A program made the position numbers and the translations under genes. This document shows, in pieces, positions 58,810-64,000 of a stretch of 64,000 nt of DNA; positions within the stretch are counted from its first letter, which is position 1; each line of letters opens with the position of its first letter. The stretch lies in NCBI GenBank assembly GCA_964016885.1, contig OZ024743.1, positions 293,818,001 through 293,882,000 on the forward strand, given 5' to 3'. The notes beneath the pieces are model-generated. The model had not been told where the DNA came from and searched no databases. It saw only the letters and a list, made by a program, of their open reading frames with translations. This stretch comes from Eledone cirrhosa. Its lineage: Eukaryota.

Positions 58810-59790
58810 TACATGTTAACTCCGAATTAAAAAAAAGATTAAGCTCATTTTCTGCGGGAAGACAATGAAGAGGGAGGGGTTATTCCACAGTTCTGCGGCT
58901 CTGAAGCAAACATTGTTTGAATAAAATTAATAGTCAGTATGAGAGATATCAAAAAGAAAAGAGCACATATGTGATTTATAAAATTTAGCAGCCTGATTTC
59001 TCACGGGGAATGTTAGGATATGGGTGACAAGGAAATGATGCTCTTATGAACTTCCATAAAGTTAACGATAGGAATTTTGTCTTGGATAAAACGGTTGTTG
59101 TGACGAAAAGACGTCACTCCCAACTAGATGATACTCACATTCGATGATGTATTATATTAAAATGGTCAGAACACGTTTGAAGGATCCCGTCCACATATAT
59201 GATTAGTTCCAATTTTCATTCCGTATCTGACTCATGTAGTGATGCAATAGAACTTCAGTATTTAGCATCATTTTTGAACAGCAGAGCCGGTCTACCATTC
59301 TAGAAATAACTCAGAGACAGATATAACGCAACGGTCCTCTCTAAAATCCTTGTGAATTTAAGACATAATATTCGATTGAAACAAAGAATCCTACAAAGCA
59401 GTCTCATAAATCACTTCAAATGGAAGGTGTTAGATTTCACGATACTGGTGAAAATATACTAGGTTGGATTTGGAAGCATAATTCAATAATACATTTGTTT
59501 CCCCATTGCACAAACACCGTTAGTTCGCTGGAAAAATCTTTTGCTGGGTCCAAGTGTCTGAAGGTCTCAGTTCTGAGGCTTTTGGTTATATTAGCAAATA
59601 TATCAATAGAAAACCTTAGTAATTCGTCCTGTAAATAATTTAAAAACAATAAGAAGAACGTACATCCAAGGGCAAACTTCTGTGGCGCGCTTTCATTGAT
59701 ATCATAAATGTCGGAGAAATAACCGTCAACCACAATTTCTCATTTCTGTTCGCTAGGAGGATGTGATAGGAAAGAAAACAATTATATTAC
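58810..59790 (-). mobile_element. Degenerate CR1/Jockey-group LINE RT-to-3' fragment
   Basis: VVDGYFSDIYDINESAPQKFALGCTFFLLFLNYL...IDIFA (decayed GVPQGSVLGP..F..FINDL..FADD); C-terminal FRAAELWN..VFP. Confidence 0.6.
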
Positions 59791-59914
59791 CATTGAAAAG
59801 TCATAAGTTTGATAATTTATGGTTTACACTTTAGAGTTTTGTTGTTATTCTGGTTGTTGATAATTGAAATTATTGTTTAGCATTTTTTGCCTCAATCAGA
59901 AACCATTATTAATA

Positions 59915-60445
59915 GATGGTAGAGTGGTTGATTAGTAGTATCGGTTGAGTGTCGGACAATATGGATGGCGGCATATAGTTACGGTTCTTTGCGTTCTGAG
60001 CTCAAATACCACCGAGGTTAGCTTTGCCTTTAATCCTTACTTGGTCGATAAAATCAAGCACCGATGATACACTAGGGTCGATTTAATCAACTTTTCCCTT
60101 TCCCAAAAATTGTTGGCCTTGCGCTGAAATCAGAAACTATCGAACTTTGCCTTTCATCATTACGGGGTCGATAACATAAAGTAAGGCGCTGGAATAATTG
60201 CTGGCCTTGTTCCAAAAGTAGAGACAATTATTAAAAGATGGTAGGGCAGTGGATTGACACTATCGGAAGAGCGCCGGAATAACATGCTTTGTGGCATCTA
60301 ATTTGCCTTCCGAGTTCCAATCCCGCCGATAATTGCCGCGTCGATAAATTAAAGTAAAAGTAATGCACTGGAGTTGATTTCATCGACTTTCCCTCTACAT
60401 TTAAATTGCTGGCCTTGTTCCAAAAGTAGAAACAATTTATCAATA
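59915..60445 (+). mobile_element. Cluster of three tandem SINE copies/fragments
   Basis: Repeated TTTGCCTTT.ATC.TTAC..GGTCGATAA and TTGCTGGCCTTGTTCCAAAAGTAGA.ACAATT. Confidence 0.75.
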
Positions 60446-61811
60446 GATGATAGGTGTGAATAATGTGTTAGCAAAGTTTAAGTAAATTTAAGTTGAAGAG
60501 ATTTGGATTTTTTCTCCAACAGCATTGTACTAATATGAATTGAATTTAAACAATGAGAAATTGCTTTTACGTTTGCTTTCATTAGGTTTGTAATATTTAA
60601 TGGTTTCTTTAAAGTCATTAGGGACTCGTGCATTATTATATAGGTTGGTTAATCTATCAAATTGAAATTTCGTCATGCGAGATAGATGAGATTCTCTTGC
60701 CTAATAAATTGCTGCGTGGATTTTGAAGAACGCACAGTGAGTAGTTATGATTTCTATGTATGTCTATATCTATTATTACATAGTTTGGTTTAAAGTATGG
60801 TGAGAATTTATTGCTTGCAGTTTTAAATGTTACATTTAAGAGGTGACTATTTTAAGTTTACTGCATACAGTAAAATTTAGTTCAATTCGTTAAATAGCTT
60901 TGTTGGAATTTTCCCGAATTTATCTGCATGTGATCCTTTGATGTTTCTAGAGTTTATTAAGCCGTTATCTTTATAAATGCCACGGTAGATAGAATTGAAT
61001 TTATTGTGAACTAAGTTTAGAATAGAGAATCCTATTAGGTTTGAAATATTTCTATGCTTACAGCAAAAAGTCCTGTACTATTCATTTTGATCCATACGCT
61101 ATTATATAAGAAACGATTGAGTTTTCTAACGGGCAATTATAATTTTCATATCATTTTCTGGCAGTGTTTAGCAAATTCTATAGAATTTTATTGCTAGATG
61201 TTTTGTCAAGGAAGAGTAGTAGTCTTTTATAGCGAATTTGGTTAATTTATAATTTTGTTTATCATTGAATTTCTAAGCAAACGAATTATTCACGGTAGGT
61301 TCCAGCGTGTTCAACTAGAAGGATTAAAAAAAAATGTTGTTGAGGATTTTATAACCACGGTAAATTGAATGAACTCGAGGCGACTAAATAGTCCTTTCTA
61401 AACCGATCTATTTGGAATTGCAGCTATATTTGTCTCTAATCATACGCCACGTTCTCATAACAAGGTCATTGCTTTATGAACTCCGGAGTATATAATATCT
61501 GGAGAAAAAAATCAACAGCAATAATAGCAGCAACAAAAAATAAAAACAAAAACAAAAACAAAAACAGGATTGCCATGGCTTAACCAGCAGTTCAACAATA
61601 TCAAATGTATCTTGCATATAATATGCATGATGTAATGAGAGGGATATTTAGTTGCTATTTCTAGTAGCTTCAATCAAGTACGTAGATGCCTCATTGTTAT
61701 CTCACATAGTATTTAACTAAAGTGTGGTTCACTTTCAGTCTCTTTTTTCTTCTATCTATCAATACATACATACGTAAGCATATACACAGAAAACAATATA
61801 TATATATATAT

Positions 61812-62160
61812 ATAAGTATGTACACGTACATACATATATGTATACAGACGTACAGTAGTATGTATATATATATATACATACATGCACACATATATATATG
61901 TACGTATGGATTCACCGAACATTTATTATAATGGTTGTTAGACACTACGGCTTAGTACGGGACGTTTGTTTACAAACACACCGAGCATTATAATAAATGT
62001 TCGGTGAATCCATACGTACATATATATATGTGTGCATATATGTATATATATATACATACTACTGTACGTCTGTATACACATATGTATGTACGTGTAGATA
62101 CTTATATTTAAGTAACCGCCGTACTAAGAGTGGGAAATGAAATTTCGTTTCATTTTTTCC
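61812..62160 (+). mobile_element. Helentron/DINE-like element with ~120-bp inverted duplication
   Basis: Arms 61812-61933 / 61986-62105; sub-TIR CTTAGTACGG (61951-61960) / CCGTACTAAG (62119-62128); 3' hairpin 62135-62155. Confidence 0.55.
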
Positions 62161-62253
62161 GTATAATATATGTATATATATATAATCAAGGTTTAGCAAA
62201 TAAGAAAAAGTTTCAAAATAAATTTCAAAATATTCACTGTACTCACTATGGTT

Positions 62254-62341
62254 ACCTTTACCGAATCGGTTTCGAGTCTCAAAAAAAAAATGGACAGTCC
62301 TTGCGGCCTTCCATTGAAAAGATAAACTCTCGTCAGAAGAT
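62254..62341 (-). ncRNA. Type I hammerhead ribozyme, extended stem II
   Basis: AUCUU-CUGACGA-GAGUUU...AGACUC-GAAA-CCGAUUCGG-UA-AAGGU. Confidence 0.85.
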
Positions 62342-62740
62342 TCTTTTCACTCGGAGAATATAAAATTCCCGAGTTCAAATTACGAACTGGCGCTATTCAA
62401 AATTGTTCCCGATGTGAGAATGAATGATGTGGAAGAAATTCTGTCCAGTGCCGTGTGTAAAGATAGAAGCAGAGGTAGGGAGGTCAGTCTACTACCACTA
62501 TAAATAGCAGCAGTCAAAACGACCAACTTTTATTTCGACCAAGAGGAGAATAATAATAATAAAGTATATATCCCTACACACAAAAAGCGTCCAGGGACAC
62601 ATGTATCGTCCAACCATATGCCAATGTGGTTCAATGGCAGGTTAATAAATTAACGAGCCAGAACATATATAATCAAGGTTTAGCAAATAAGAAAAAGTTT
62701 CAAAATAAATTTCAAAAAATTCACTGTACTCACTATGGTT

Positions 62741-62827
62741 ACCTTTACCGAATCGGTTTCGAGTCTCAAAAATAAATGGACAGTCCTTGCGGCCTTCCAT
62801 TGAAAAGATAAACTCTCGTCAGAAGGT
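62741..62827 (-). ncRNA. Type I hammerhead ribozyme, extended stem II
   Basis: ACCUU-CUGACGA-GAGUUU...AGACUC-GAAA-CCGAUUCGG-UA-AAGGU; stem I perfect 5 bp. Confidence 0.85.
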
Positions 62828-62837
62828 TCTTTTCACT

Positions 62838-62977
<140 letters not shown>

Positions 62978-63068
62978 GTGTGTGTATCTGCATGTGTGTG
63001 TGCGTGTGTGTGTGTGTCTGTATGTGTGTGTATTATGGGTGTGTATGTATGTATATGTGTGTGTGTAA

Positions 63069-63108
<40 letters not shown>

Positions 63109-64000
63109 AACAATAACAATTGCAGATACTCGGCTATGACAGCATTAATATGGTTCCTCCTCTGAGGTATTACTGTGCATATGTAACAGACGTGTCAGAA
63201 TCACTGACGTCAGAAGATTAAGGTAAAGGTTAACGAAATGAACCTCTGGCACGTGAGGTTTACGATTTCTAATAATATATTCTATATTTTTTCTTTCTCG
63301 CTCTTAAATGCACACGGACACGCCCACACATAATCATATAATGTTTATTTATGAATTACAGCTGACGATGGAAACTCCTTTCTTTCTTTCTCCTCCTGTT
63401 CCGTCCTAACCACCATCCTAAACCTTTTTTTTAGTAACCATACAGCTCCTTTCGTTTCATATCATTTTGTAATTACCGCTGTGACCCTACCTGCTTTCGT
63501 CAATCTGTGTTCCCTCCACACTTTCGCATCGACCCTCTCTTCTCTCTTCCCTTCTCCTCCTCACTCACGTTTTTTTCTCTCCCTCTCCCTCTCCCTCTAT
63601 CCATCCGTTCAGTTTTGATTGTTGACATGTTTACACGTGCCGTGGTAGCCTCTCTGTCCGCAATCTTTGCGACACGTTTTTACCACTGTCGTAAAAAACC
63701 CTTCTGGATTATCTCCCTTTCCCTTCTCCTCCTCACATTTGGTTGCCCGTGTCTCTCTCTCACTTTCTCCTGTCTATGTGAGAGGCAGCACAATTATACC
63801 AGCTCTGAGTCGTAGTTGACCACCAGGCTAAAGTCTCTCAGGTTGGTGACAACCGACTTTCCCTATTTTTCCACGATTACTTTTTGCATGTTTCTTTCAC
63901 CTGTGTCTTTCCACGATGGGACCTGTACACCTTCTTTTTCTCCTATTCCTTTCCTATTTTTCCCCTTTTCCCTTCCCCCTTTCTTCCTCTCTCCTCATCC

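Larger units (their letters stand above)
62181..62837 (-). mobile_element. Retrozyme-like non-coding element: two ~170-bp direct repeats each with an intact HHR (period 487 bp)
   Basis: Repeats 62181-62351 and 62668-62837; no meaningful ORF; (TA)n on both sides. Confidence 0.8.

Noticed and set aside
63358-63385. CTGACGATGGAAAC
   Set aside because: No stem II or stem I; probably chance.

Overview
AT-rich eukaryotic DNA, intergenic or intronic, saturated with (TA)n/(CA)n/(TC)n/(TATC)n microsatellites and decayed retroelements. The repeat landscape suggests a cephalopod (octopus-like) genome; this is inference. No intact host protein-coding gene is supportable, and most ORF-track entries are microsatellite artefacts. 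Recognisable elements: a frameshifted near-full-length Penelope-like element (PLE; RT + GIY-YIG, ~39.4-44.6 kb, minus), further PLE GIY-YIG remnants, RTE, CR1-like, R4/Dong-like and Tx1/L1-like LINE fragments, tRNA-type SINEs, a hAT MITE with an 8-bp TSD and a Helentron/DINE-like family. The main signal, read by eye, is about 15 type I hammerhead ribozyme (HHR) motifs of several distinct families. They occur in two non-coding architectures embedded in microsatellites: (i) direct-repeat, retrozyme-like units, best at 62.18-62.84 kb where two intact HHRs bracket a 487-nt monomer, and (ii) fold-back elements carrying an HHR on both strands. All folds are manual and untested.
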